The position numbers were made by a program, and so were the translations under genes. From assembly GCA_038893355.1 (NCBI GenBank), contig JAWARQ010000005.1, positions 1 to 64,000 of the forward strand: a stretch of 64,000 bases of DNA, read 5' to 3'. Below, in pieces: positions 54,435 to 63,364 of the stretch. The first letter of the stretch is position 1; each line of letters starts with the position of its first letter. Under the pieces are notes generated by a model that did not search any database, was not told the DNA's origin, and was given only the letters and a program-made list of their open reading frames with translations. This stretch comes from Sulfolobaceae archaeon. Its GTDB lineage: Archaea > Thermoproteota > Thermoprotei_A > Sulfolobales > Sulfolobaceae.

Positions 54435-57422
54435 TTGAATCTAAGAGAAGAATTAGAGAAGCGATTTGGTGAAAAGTTTTCCGATAGTCTATTAGAAAGA
54501 TTAGCGCACTCCGCAGATATGGGATTTGTACCCCATTTAACTTGGGCTGGGATAAAAATAAATACAATCCCAGACTATGTTGTATACCCTGAAGATGTTG
54601 AAGATGTAATTGATATAGTTAAAATAGCAAGAAAATATAATGTACCAATTGTACCATATGGAAGAGCTACTAATAGGTATGGAAATGCAATTCCAACTGA
54701 AGGAGGAATAGTCGTAGATTTTTCAAGAATGGACAAAGTTGAAGTAGATGAAAAAGAGAAAATAGCACATGTAGAACCTGGTGCTACATGGAAAATCGTA
54801 GATTTATACGCACAGCAGAAAGGGTTACAGCTTAGAACATTTCCTTCATCCTATGATTCAACTATTGGAGGCGGTATTGCAGGAGATGCACTCGGTATTG
54901 GGTCATACGAGTATGGTTTCATTTGCGATAATGTCAGCTATGTACATATGGTAAATCCAAAGGGCGAGTTAATAAAGCTAGAAGGTAAGGATTTAGCAAT
55001 AGTATGTGGAGCAGAAGGTACTACTGGATTAATAACTAAAGCGGGAATAAAATTAAGATCATTTAATGTAACAGAAGCATTGGTAGTTCCAATTGATAAT
55101 CTTGAGGGTGTAATTAAAGCTATAAGCTTATTCTATAAAGAGGCGGTACCTGCATGGCATGTTCAGATAAGAGGACCTGCAATTTCTACATATATAGCAG
55201 AAAAGTATAAGATTAACTTACAGCCCGGCAAATGGAATATGGTGATACTTTATCCGACGAGTAGAGCTACATTGGTAGAGCCTAAAGTAAACGTAATTGC
55301 AACTTATCTCTCAACTAAGCCAATGGAAACTGAGTGGACAGGCTGGTGGAACTTTAATCATGGAGTGGTAGCCGCATTAAGAACGAAACATCTCCTTATA
55401 CACCAGCACGGCTTACTTCACTTTTCTAATCTTTATAAATTCATTAAAGATCTCGAAAAATATTTAGGAAGTTTAGGGAAATTAGAGGCTAATGAGGGCT
55501 TTGATTTAGATATTGCATTGGAGAGAAGAGAAATTCTCTTAGTAAATACATTTACAGCAGTTTCATTGCAACCACAAGATAAGAAATTGATCTATGATCT
55601 TGCGAAAAATACTCTAATGGCTAATGCATTTATAGAGAATGGCGGTTCCATGCTATCTATAGGTATGTTCTTACATAAGTGGGCTAAGAATAGGTTGAGC
55701 GTGATGAGTAAGACATTTCAAGATCTAGGTGTTGATAGATATGAATATATGAGAAGATATAAGGAAGAAATGGATCCAGAAGAGCTATTTAACCCTGGAA
55801 AAGTCTTTGAGCCTAAAAAGAGGGGTAAGGTGGTATTTGAAATAGTAAGAAGGCAAAATGAAGCCTTAAGATTTAGATTTGGAATCGGATTTGTAAAGGC
55901 TATAACACCAAGAGGGGAAGTAGAAGGTTATAAGGTTGCTAGGAAGTACCTAGATATTTTTGCAGATTATGCAATGGCTTGCATAGATTGTGGAATGTGT
56001 GTAACAGTATGTCCGCAATTTAGACTCATACCAAATCAACCCTATGCTCCTAAGGGTATGTTTGACTTTGTAAAGGGCGCAATATCACATTATGAACTCA
56101 GGGGAAGTATAGATATTCCAGATTCCTTCATAGCTGAAATCTCAGGATGTCATAAATGTGGATTATGTGATGGAGTATGCCCAGCTAAAATCCCTATATC
56201 TACCTTATTGGTTAGATTAAACTCCTTAGTTGCTAAAAAACTTCCAGAAACCACTCCAGTAGAAATTCCTATACCAACTATAGACGTAAATGATGTTAGT
56301 GATAATAACAGTAATATAGTGCTTTGGATTGGAAGGAATATGGCAGAGCAAATTGGATTAATTACGCTTATTATAAAATTATTAAAACAATTAAATCTAA
56401 AATTAAAGATAATAGGGACAAAATATGATAGTGGATTTTTAGACTATATAAGCGGAAATGGGAATACCTTAATAGAGAAAATCAGAAAGAATTTAGAGGT
56501 CTTAGGTAATGCTATAGAAATTATTACATTAACGCCAGAGGATTATAAAGTATTTAGTGAGGCATATAAAGATTTTGGAAAAATTGGAGGCATAGAATTC
56601 CTAGCAGAGATTATGCCAATCGAAATTAGGTTAATTAAATTACTTAAGATTGAAGGAAAAGGTGAGGAAATTAATTTACATGTAGCCTGCTTCTCTAATC
56701 AATATGCAAATGAGATTATAAAGAGACTAAGGGAGGAAGGATTTAAAGTAAAAAAGATTGAAGGTTGTGCAGGTGCCACGTTAGAGAAGAATCTTGGAAG
56801 GAGAGCGGATAAGATGGCCAGAGCATTAGGAGAGAGATATAATGAAATTGTTACATTATGCCCATTAGCAGCAGCTAAATTTAGGAGTGTAGGAGTTAAT
56901 GCAATGACCTTAATAGAATTTATAGCAAAGAAGTTAGGATTACAAGTTACCACTACCGAGCCTATAAGGATCGAAATAACCGAAGAAGATATAAGAAGAA
57001 TTCAAAAAGTATTCATGAGTAAACTTCAGGAATCTCTATTAGCTAGAGTAAACTTAATAGTTGATACATTGTCATTTACAACTTCTGGGACAGAAGACTA
57101 TAAGAAAATTATTGAACCATTGATTGTGGAAGCATTATATGATGCGATTAGTAATATGTCGCCTATACTAGACGAAATTATATCTAAAAAGACTAAGGAG
57201 ATTACATCTCCCGATTTAGCCAGTTTCGTTAGATCTAAAATTTATATTGACGCCTCTAGAATTATGGCGCAAGTAGTACTCGACAATATTGTAGAGAATT
57301 TTGCTAAAGTTATTAGAGAAAGTACTAAAGAAGAATATGATGAAAATGTGCTAAAAACTACCGTAATAGAAATTCTAAGAGATAATTTACCTAAGATCAA
57401 AGACTGGTTAGCCTCAAAATAA
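54435..57422 (+). CDS. FAD-linked (GlcD-like) oxidoreductase fused to 2x[4Fe-4S] and CCG-like domains (paralogue 3)
   Basis: PDYVVYPEDVEDV, VEPGATW, TIGGGIAG, GAEGTTGLIT and DPEELFNPGK; CIDCGMCVTVCP and CHKCGLCDGVCP; HVAC, GCAG and TLCP. Confidence 0.88.
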   Translation: MNLREELEKRFGEKFSDSLLERLAHSADMGFVPHLTWAGIKINTIPDYVVYPEDVEDVIDIVKIARKYNVPIVPYGRATNRYGNAIPTEGGIVVDFSRMDKVEVDEKEKIAHVEPGATWKIVDLYAQQKGLQLRTFPSSYDSTIGGGIAGDALGIGSYEYGFICDNVSYVHMVNPKGELIKLEGKDLAIVCGAEGTTGLITKAGIKLRSFNVTEALVVPIDNLEGVIKAISLFYKEAVPAWHVQIRGPAISTYIAEKYKINLQPGKWNMVILYPTSRATLVEPKVNVIATYLSTKPMETEWTGWWNFNHGVVAALRTKHLLIHQHGLLHFSNLYKFIKDLEKYLGSLGKLEANEGFDLDIALERREILLVNTFTAVSLQPQDKKLIYDLAKNTLMANAFIENGGSMLSIGMFLHKWAKNRLSVMSKTFQDLGVDRYEYMRRYKEEMDPEELFNPGKVFEPKKRGKVVFEIVRRQNEALRFRFGIGFVKAITPRGEVEGYKVARKYLDIFADYAMACIDCGMCVTVCPQFRLIPNQPYAPKGMFDFVKGAISHYELRGSIDIPDSFIAEISGCHKCGLCDGVCPAKIPISTLLVRLNSLVAKKLPETTPVEIPIPTIDVNDVSDNNSNIVLWIGRNMAEQIGLITLIIKLLKQLNLKLKIIGTKYDSGFLDYISGNGNTLIEKIRKNLEVLGNAIEIITLTPEDYKVFSEAYKDFGKIGGIEFLAEIMPIEIRLIKLLKIEGKGEEINLHVACFSNQYANEIIKRLREEGFKVKKIEGCAGATLEKNLGRRADKMARALGERYNEIVTLCPLAAAKFRSVGVNAMTLIEFIAKKLGLQVTTTEPIRIEITEEDIRRIQKVFMSKLQESLLARVNLIVDTLSFTTSGTEDYKKIIEPLIVEALYDAISNMSPILDEIISKKTKEITSPDLASFVRSKIYIDASRIMAQVVLDNIVENFAKVIRESTKEEYDENVLKTTVIEILRDNLPKIKDWLASK

Positions 57423-57522
57423 TTTAATTAAATCTTTATATAGACAAGATTATTTATTAATGCAATATCTCCTCAAGTATCTGACTTAACACATTTTTAG
57501 TTTCCTAAAACTATATATCTAT

Positions 57523-57597
57523 GGACCCGTAGCTCAGCCAGGATAGAGCGTGGGCCTTCGGAGCCCAAGGTCCCGGGTTCGAATCCCGGCGGGTCCG
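57523..57597 (+). tRNA. tRNA-Arg(TCG)
   Basis: GGACCCG acceptor stem, anticodon arm TGGGC-CTTCGGA-GCCCA, T arm GGTTCGAATCC; CCA not encoded; no intron. Confidence 0.96.
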
Positions 57598-57903
57598 CTA
57601 CTTTTAGAGTAAATGAACAAGAAGGTATTCTAGAATTACATAATTTTATTGACAGTGGAGGACCCTTCATACCGTGTGAACTATGCTCAAAAGAGCAGAA
57701 ATGTGAGTCAGATGCCGTTTAGCTGAAGGAGACTTATGACTTACCTACCGTAAAGTTAGGCCAGTTGTTGAGGCTAAGTCCCCATACTCAATAATGAATG
57801 ATTAAAATGAAAGAAAATGTAAAGAAAACGGAAGGTATTTGTACTAAAGATATGATATCTATAATCAGCTAACTATTAAATTTTAATAATCTCTTTTGTT
57901 ATT

Positions 57904-58581
57904 ATGGGAGATCCTAAGGAGTTCTTAGCAGATTATGTTATAGACTTTATTAAAGACAAGAAGATAATAGGCTTAGGTACCGGTTCTACAATAAAAAGAA
58001 TAATTGAAATTTTAGCAAATAAAATAGAGCTTAAAGATAAGATATTTATTTCTTCATCATTAGATACAGAATTATTACTCTCAGAACTTCAGTTACATTC
58101 TATCTCTCTAAGCCAGGGATTTGTAGCGGATATTTATGTGGATAGTTTTGACGTATTTAATGGTAATGTTCTAATAAAAGGAGGAGGTGGTGCTTTATTT
58201 AGGGAAAAGCTTCTCGCTGAGAATTCACATGAGAGAGTATTTGTAGGTGATAAGAGTAAATTCAAAATTATGAAAAGTTATGTAATTCCGTTAGAAGTTG
58301 AGATAGTAAGTGCTAAGTATGTTGTTAATAAATTAAAGAATAGAGGATATAAAGTCTTTCTTAGAAGTGTTGAGAAAGGTAAATATGGTCCAATAATTTC
58401 GGATAACGGCAATGTAATAATGGATATTGAAGTGCAAGATAATCAGAATTTATGTGAACTACATTATGAATTAAAGAGAATTGTGGGAGTTATCGAGACT
58501 GGTATCTTCTGTAAAGAGTATTATGATTATATAGTACTAGCTGATAACGATGGAAAATTGGAAATATTTAAGAAGGGCTAA
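57904..58581 (+). CDS. rpiA: Ribose-5-phosphate isomerase A
   Basis: GLGTGST, LIKGGGGALFREK, GPIISDNGN and GVIETGIF motifs. Confidence 0.95.
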   Translation: MGDPKEFLADYVIDFIKDKKIIGLGTGSTIKRIIEILANKIELKDKIFISSSLDTELLLSELQLHSISLSQGFVADIYVDSFDVFNGNVLIKGGGGALFREKLLAENSHERVFVGDKSKFKIMKSYVIPLEVEIVSAKYVVNKLKNRGYKVFLRSVEKGKYGPIISDNGNVIMDIEVQDNQNLCELHYELKRIVGVIETGIFCKEYYDYIVLADNDGKLEIFKKG

Positions 58582-58873
58582 GAAAGCTGTTTTAGAGGGT
58601 AGAATAGTTGAGGTTATAATAAAAGAGTTCTCCATCTATTTCTTTCTAGGTCATAAGTATGATTATATAGTAACTGCGAATAGTTGTAGTTGTAAATATT
58701 TTCTTTATAACTTTAAATGTTATCACATTCTAGCTCTTTCAGAAGCTCTCAAAGAGGAGAAGGTTAAAAGGATTAGTATTACTCCACAACTACTTAAAGA
58801 AATATTAATTGAAATATACACTGATGGAAAATCATTAAAACTTAGAAGATTAGTATATTCAGATAAAACTTGA
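58550..58873 (+). CDS. SWIM zinc-finger protein
   Basis: CSC-x8-CYH motif. Confidence 0.8.
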   Translation: MENWKYLRRAKKAVLEGRIVEVIIKEFSIYFFLGHKYDYIVTANSCSCKYFLYNFKCYHILALSEALKEEKVKRISITPQLLKEILIEIYTDGKSLKLRRLVYSDKT

Positions 58874-59004
58874 ATGATTTACAAGCTGTATACATTGCAA
58901 CCATAATAGCAATATTCTTAGGTGGTATTGCACTATCTTTATTTGAGTTAAAGTCGAAGAATATGGAAAAAAGGAAAGGAGGTAAGAAAGTTGGGAGGGC
59001 GTAA
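58870..59004 (+). CDS. Small single-pass membrane protein (44 aa), not in the ORF track
   Basis: TTG overlapping the SWIM stop; [44 protein letters not shown]; the end overlaps the elf1 start. Confidence 0.6.
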   Translation: MNDLQAVYIATIIAIFLGGIALSLFELKSKNMEKRKGGKKVGRA

Positions 59005-59311
59005 AAAGAGAAAAACTAGGATAATTAAAGTTAAGCCTAAGATACCAAACATGTTTGACTGCCCTAGATGTGGTAGAAACACATTATCAATCGAATATAA
59101 AAAAGATGGAATTGCAATAATTAATTGTGGTAGTTGTGGATTATGCTCCATTTTAGAGGTACCGCAAGTTTTTGATAAAGCGAATGTGTATGGTAAATTT
59201 ATAGATTTATACTATGAAGGAAAAGTAGAAATAAAAGATGGATGTGAGGAAGGATCAAAGGAAGAGTATGAAGGGGAAAGTGGAAAACTATCTGAGCAAG
59301 TTGAAGGATGA
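58991..59311 (+). CDS. elf1: Transcription elongation factor Elf1
   Basis: MGGRKKRK, FDCPRC, CGSCG and VYGKFID motifs. Confidence 0.9.
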   Translation: MGGRKKRKTRIIKVKPKIPNMFDCPRCGRNTLSIEYKKDGIAIINCGSCGLCSILEVPQVFDKANVYGKFIDLYYEGKVEIKDGCEEGSKEEYEGESGKLSEQVEG

Positions 59312-60020
59312 AGGAATTCCAATACATTTTTCCCTAATAGATCCAGCAAAAGTAAAATCCTTTGAAGAATTACGTAAAATTGCTAAATTACTTTATGAGT
59401 CCGGAACCACTGCATTTTTAGTAGGTGGTACTCTTGGTATACATAAAAGTTCTCTAGATAGTGTAGTAGAAACTTTAGCTGAATTTGAAATACCAATAAT
59501 AATATTTCCTAGTAATATTAATTTAATAACTGAAAAAGCAGATGCAATACTCTTCTTATCGTTATTAAACTCAGATGACCTATACTATGTTGTTGGGGCA
59601 CAAGTAGTTGCAGCACCACTAGTTAAGAAGTCTGGATTAGAAGTTTTACCTACAGCATATCTTATAATTGGTCATGGTGGTACGGCAGGCCATATAGGGA
59701 GGGCTAGGATAATACCATATGATAATTATGAACTTGCAGTTGCCTATTCATTAGCAGCAGAAATGATGGGAATGAGATACGTATATTTAGAGGCAGGTTC
59801 AGGTGCGCCAGAAAGTGTAAGACCAAATATGGTTGCTGAAGTTGCAAGAAATACTAATATTACAATTATTGTCGGTGGAGGAATAAGAGAACCAGAAAAG
59901 GCTAGGGAACTTTTCTTAGCAGGAGCTCATATTATAGTTACTGGAAATATAATAGAGTATAATTACGAAAAAGCTATTAAGATAGTTCAAGAATTAAATA
60001 AAGTGAGGCGAAATGCCTAG
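59268..60020 (+). CDS. Geranylgeranylglyceryl phosphate synthase
   Basis: [27 protein letters not shown] and IVTGN motifs. Confidence 0.93.
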   Translation: MKGKVENYLSKLKDEGIPIHFSLIDPAKVKSFEELRKIAKLLYESGTTAFLVGGTLGIHKSSLDSVVETLAEFEIPIIIFPSNINLITEKADAILFLSLLNSDDLYYVVGAQVVAAPLVKKSGLEVLPTAYLIIGHGGTAGHIGRARIIPYDNYELAVAYSLAAEMMGMRYVYLEAGSGAPESVRPNMVAEVARNTNITIIVGGGIREPEKARELFLAGAHIIVTGNIIEYNYEKAIKIVQELNKVRRNA

Positions 60021-60189
60021 TAGTAAGAAAAAGAAGGAGAATGTACCAGTTCTCTCAATGGCTGGTTTAATTAGATATTATGAAGAAGAAAAGGGAAGGA
60101 TTAGAATTGATCCTAAAGTAGTTATAATAGCTAGTATTGCACTGTCTGTAGGAGTGTTAGTTTTAACTAAGTTCTTTCCATTAATATAA
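60013..60189 (+). CDS. secG: Preprotein translocase subunit Sec61-beta, not in the ORF track
   Basis: [26 protein letters not shown]...IDPKVV followed by a TM helix (58 aa). Confidence 0.93.
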   Translation: MPSSKKKKENVPVLSMAGLIRYYEEEKGRIRIDPKVVIIASIALSVGVLVLTKFFPLI

Positions 60190-60199
60190 TAGAAGAAAA

Positions 60200-60814
60200 G
60201 TGATTCCAACTGGTAGGGATCTAAAGAGACTAAGGGAATTAGCAGGCTTAACTCAAAGTGAACTTGCAAAGAGAATTGGAGTTTCTCAATCACTTATAGC
60301 AAAAATTGAATCTGGAAAAATTGACCCTAAACTATCAATAGTCAAAAGGATTATTGAAGAATTAGTTGAAGAAATAAACGTTAACGAGACGGTAAAGAAA
60401 GTAATGACGACACCAGTAATAGTAGCAGATGAAGATGAAGATGTAAAAAGTATTATAGAGAAGATGGAAAGGTATGGTATATCCCAATTACCAGTTGTAG
60501 ATAAAGATGGAAAGGTTAAAGGAATGGTATACGATTTCGTGTTGTTAAAGAAAGTACTTAGAGCTTCTGGAAAGTCGTTGAAGGCGAAAGACGTGATGAG
60601 TGATCTACCTCCATTAGTTGACGAAAGTAAACCAATAAATATAGTTTCACAAATGCTTACAACCTACCCTGCGGTATTAGTAATAGATAATAAACTAAGA
60701 CCTATAGGTATAGTTACCAGAAGTGATATATTAAAGTATATCATAAAAAATAGTGAGGGAGCCCCAGTGGGGGGCTCACGGGGGAAATCCCCTGAGGAAA
60801 CTCCAGCCTCCTGA
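60200..60814 (+). CDS. XRE-HTH + CBS-pair transcriptional regulator
   Basis: GLTQSELAKRIGVSQSLIAKIESG; ISQLPVVD and GIVTRSDIL; the tail runs into RNase P RNA. Confidence 0.9.
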   Translation: MIPTGRDLKRLRELAGLTQSELAKRIGVSQSLIAKIESGKIDPKLSIVKRIIEELVEEINVNETVKKVMTTPVIVADEDEDVKSIIEKMERYGISQLPVVDKDGKVKGMVYDFVLLKKVLRASGKSLKAKDVMSDLPPLVDESKPINIVSQMLTTYPAVLVIDNKLRPIGIVTRSDILKYIIKNSEGAPVGGSRGKSPEETPAS

Positions 60815-61071
60815 CCCAAGGAGACCGCGCAAGCGGTAGGGGTAGGCCCCCTGGCAACTGCACAGAAACGAAAGCCACATAGGGCAAGATGAAGATGAAT
60901 GCTATCCTATACTCGGTAACGAGTATAGGTGCAGGAGATGCCCTATGTGGCTTGAAACGGCAGTCCCTCCTGGAGTAAGTAAGGGGGAGATGAAAGGGGT
61001 CATGATCCCCCAAGTACGCATAGCCGAATGCCCCCTCAAAACAGAAGCTGGGTTACTACTGGGGCTCCCTC
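60755..61071 (+). ncRNA. rnpB: RNase P RNA (archaeal type A)
   Basis: GC-rich island; P1 GAGGGAGCCCCAGT pairs with ACTGGGGCTCCCTC; P4 elements GAGGAAACTCCAGC and ACAGAAGCTGGGTTA. Confidence 0.95.
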
Positions 61072-61568
61072 TCATTTAGAATTTCCCTTTCGATTTTCAA
61101 AATTTCTTCACTAGATTTTCCACGATAACTCTCTAGTAATTCTCTATTTAGGTTTATAAAAGTCATTCCCCATTTAATCTTACTTGCAATTTCTAAGGCC
61201 AAATCAATTTCATCTATAATATAAAACGATGCAACTATTGCCTCTAGACTAGATAAGATGTAAGCTTTTGCATAATTTATTGGATTTCCTGCAAGTAAAA
61301 ACGGTAATCTACGCGAGTTAGTATAAAATCTTTTAAAAAATGTTTCATCACTACTTTTCCACGAAGAATCAATTACTGTTATACCTCTTCTTAGTATAAT
61401 ACTCTTATCTTCTATTGACAATATCCTTTTTGAGTAAGGATTTAATATTATACCTTTAGGCCTTTTGATAAACCTACCATAACCTAACCTTACTAGCTTT
61501 TTTCCAGTACATTTTTTCGGATCGTCTTGATCAAAATCTATTATATAAACCTTAATATTGGAGCGCAA
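61056..61568 (-). CDS. tsr3: 16S rRNA aminocarboxypropyltransferase Tsr3
   Basis: DDPKKCTGKKL, IDSSW, RRLPFLLAGNPINY and KWGMTF motifs. Confidence 0.93.
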   Translation of the reverse strand: MRSNIKVYIIDFDQDDPKKCTGKKLVRLGYGRFIKRPKGIILNPYSKRILSIEDKSIILRRGITVIDSSWKSSDETFFKRFYTNSRRLPFLLAGNPINYAKAYILSSLEAIVASFYIIDEIDLALEIASKIKWGMTFINLNRELLESYRGKSSEEILKIEREILNEREPQ

Positions 61569-61610
61569 AGTTCTTATAATTCTAAATACTTCACCAAATT
61601 GGTATTAAAG

Positions 61611-61862
61611 TTGCCGGCTGCAATAGTCCTAATAAACACAGATGCAGGAGGAGAAGATGAGGTTATGGAGAAATTAAGGGGAATAAATGAAGTAACTGAA
61701 GCTTACATAGTCTATGGTGTATATGATATAGTAGCAAAAGTAGAAGCTGAGAGTATAGAGAAATTAAAGGATATAGTAACTAACGTAATAAGAAAGATAC
61801 CAAAGGTTAGGTCCACTTTAACGATGATAGTTATGGAAGGTAAAAGTATTTCTAGAAAATAA
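61611..61862 (+). CDS. Stand-alone Lrp/AsnC ligand-binding (RAM) domain protein
   Basis: AIVLINT...VYGVYDIVAKVE...VRSTLTMIV; TTG start at 61611. Confidence 0.88.
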   Translation: MPAAIVLINTDAGGEDEVMEKLRGINEVTEAYIVYGVYDIVAKVEAESIEKLKDIVTNVIRKIPKVRSTLTMIVMEGKSISRK

Positions 61863-61897
61863 ATATTTATTTTTCTCTTCTTCTTTTTTAATATTAT

Positions 61898-63190
61898 ATG
61901 AAATTAATTATAGGTATTGATGATCATGATTCTCCAGAGGGTGGTTGTACTACTCATTTTGCTACATTATTGATTGAAAAATTTAAAAAAATAACTAATT
62001 TAAAAATTATTGATCTACCTTACCTTATTAGATTAAATCCTAATGTACCTTGGAAAACTAGAGGTAATGGTGCAGTTACAGTAAAGATTGAAACTGAAAG
62101 AAGTATTGAGGAAATTCTGGACATAGTATGGAATGAAAGTGTAGATTATGTAGAAAAAGTCTCAAGGGGTTTCAAGTACGATAGAAAGCCTGGAGTGGTA
62201 GTTATTCCTTATAGTGAAAGAGAACAATTTTTCCAATTTTATATTAAGGCATTGTCTGATATCATAACTAATTCAACTATTAAAGATATAATTTCAAAAT
62301 TTAACGTAAAATATAGGGGTTCTAGGGGAGTCATTGGTAGTTTAGCCGCGATAGGTTTTAAAGGTAATATTACATACGAAATTATATATTATCGAAAATA
62401 TGAGAATATTGGAAAAGATAGAAAAATTAATATTAATAATTTATTAAATTTTGATAGAAAATATTTTCCTATAACATTCGCTAATTATGATTACATTAAG
62501 GGTATACCACTTATAACCCCTAAAGGAAACGATCCCGTATTATTTGGGATTAGAGTTACAAATCTTGGAATAATAGATCCAGATGAAATTAGAAAGATTG
62601 CAGAAGAAGAAGTGGATAAAATTATGATCTTTAAAACTAACCAAGGTACTGATGCCCATTTAGTTAAGCCAGGTGAAAAGCCTTATCAGACATTTTACGG
62701 TGTTGTTACAGTTAAGGAAGTTAAGGTGCTTGAGGGTGGCGATGTTTTAATTAGTACAAATGAAGGAATGGATATTATAGTATTTAAAGAGACTGGAGAA
62801 TTAAATATTGGTGTGAGAGAACTAGAGCGAGATGACGTAATAAAAGTAATAGGTGCAGTAAAGCCTTCATTCTACGATAATAATGTGATAATTGAGGCCG
62901 AAAGAATTGAAATCCTTAAATTAGTACCGAAATATAATATAAGAAACCCTAAATGTCCATATTGTGGTTCTTCCTCTGAATCCTTAGGAAAAAATAAGGG
63001 ATTTAGATGTAAGAGATGCAATAGGAAGTTTTATAAAGAGAAAGAAATGGAAGAAGTCGCTAGGAGCATAAGTGTAGGAGTATATCAGACTAGATATTAT
63101 AGGCACTTAACGAGACCTCTATTTCTTGAACCTACTAATGATGAGTTTGAGTATGATTTAGATTCAGTATTGAGTAAATTTTTAAGATGA
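61898..63190 (+). CDS. tiaS: tRNA(Ile2) agmatidine synthetase
   Basis: IGIDDHDS..GGCTT, RLNPNVPWKTRGNG, TNQGTDAHL, CPYC/CKRC and HLTRP motifs. Confidence 0.95.
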   Translation: MKLIIGIDDHDSPEGGCTTHFATLLIEKFKKITNLKIIDLPYLIRLNPNVPWKTRGNGAVTVKIETERSIEEILDIVWNESVDYVEKVSRGFKYDRKPGVVVIPYSEREQFFQFYIKALSDIITNSTIKDIISKFNVKYRGSRGVIGSLAAIGFKGNITYEIIYYRKYENIGKDRKININNLLNFDRKYFPITFANYDYIKGIPLITPKGNDPVLFGIRVTNLGIIDPDEIRKIAEEEVDKIMIFKTNQGTDAHLVKPGEKPYQTFYGVVTVKEVKVLEGGDVLISTNEGMDIIVFKETGELNIGVRELERDDVIKVIGAVKPSFYDNNVIIEAERIEILKLVPKYNIRNPKCPYCGSSSESLGKNKGFRCKRCNRKFYKEKEMEEVARSISVGVYQTRYYRHLTRPLFLEPTNDEFEYDLDSVLSKFLR

Positions 63191-63208
63191 GCAGAGTATA
63201 ATAGTTAT

Positions 63209-63285
<77 letters not shown>

Positions 63286-63364
63286 TCATATTAACTATAT
63301 TATTTACAAAAATAAAATATCAAATTAAATAAAAATAAATACTTCAGTAGTATTTATTTTATAC

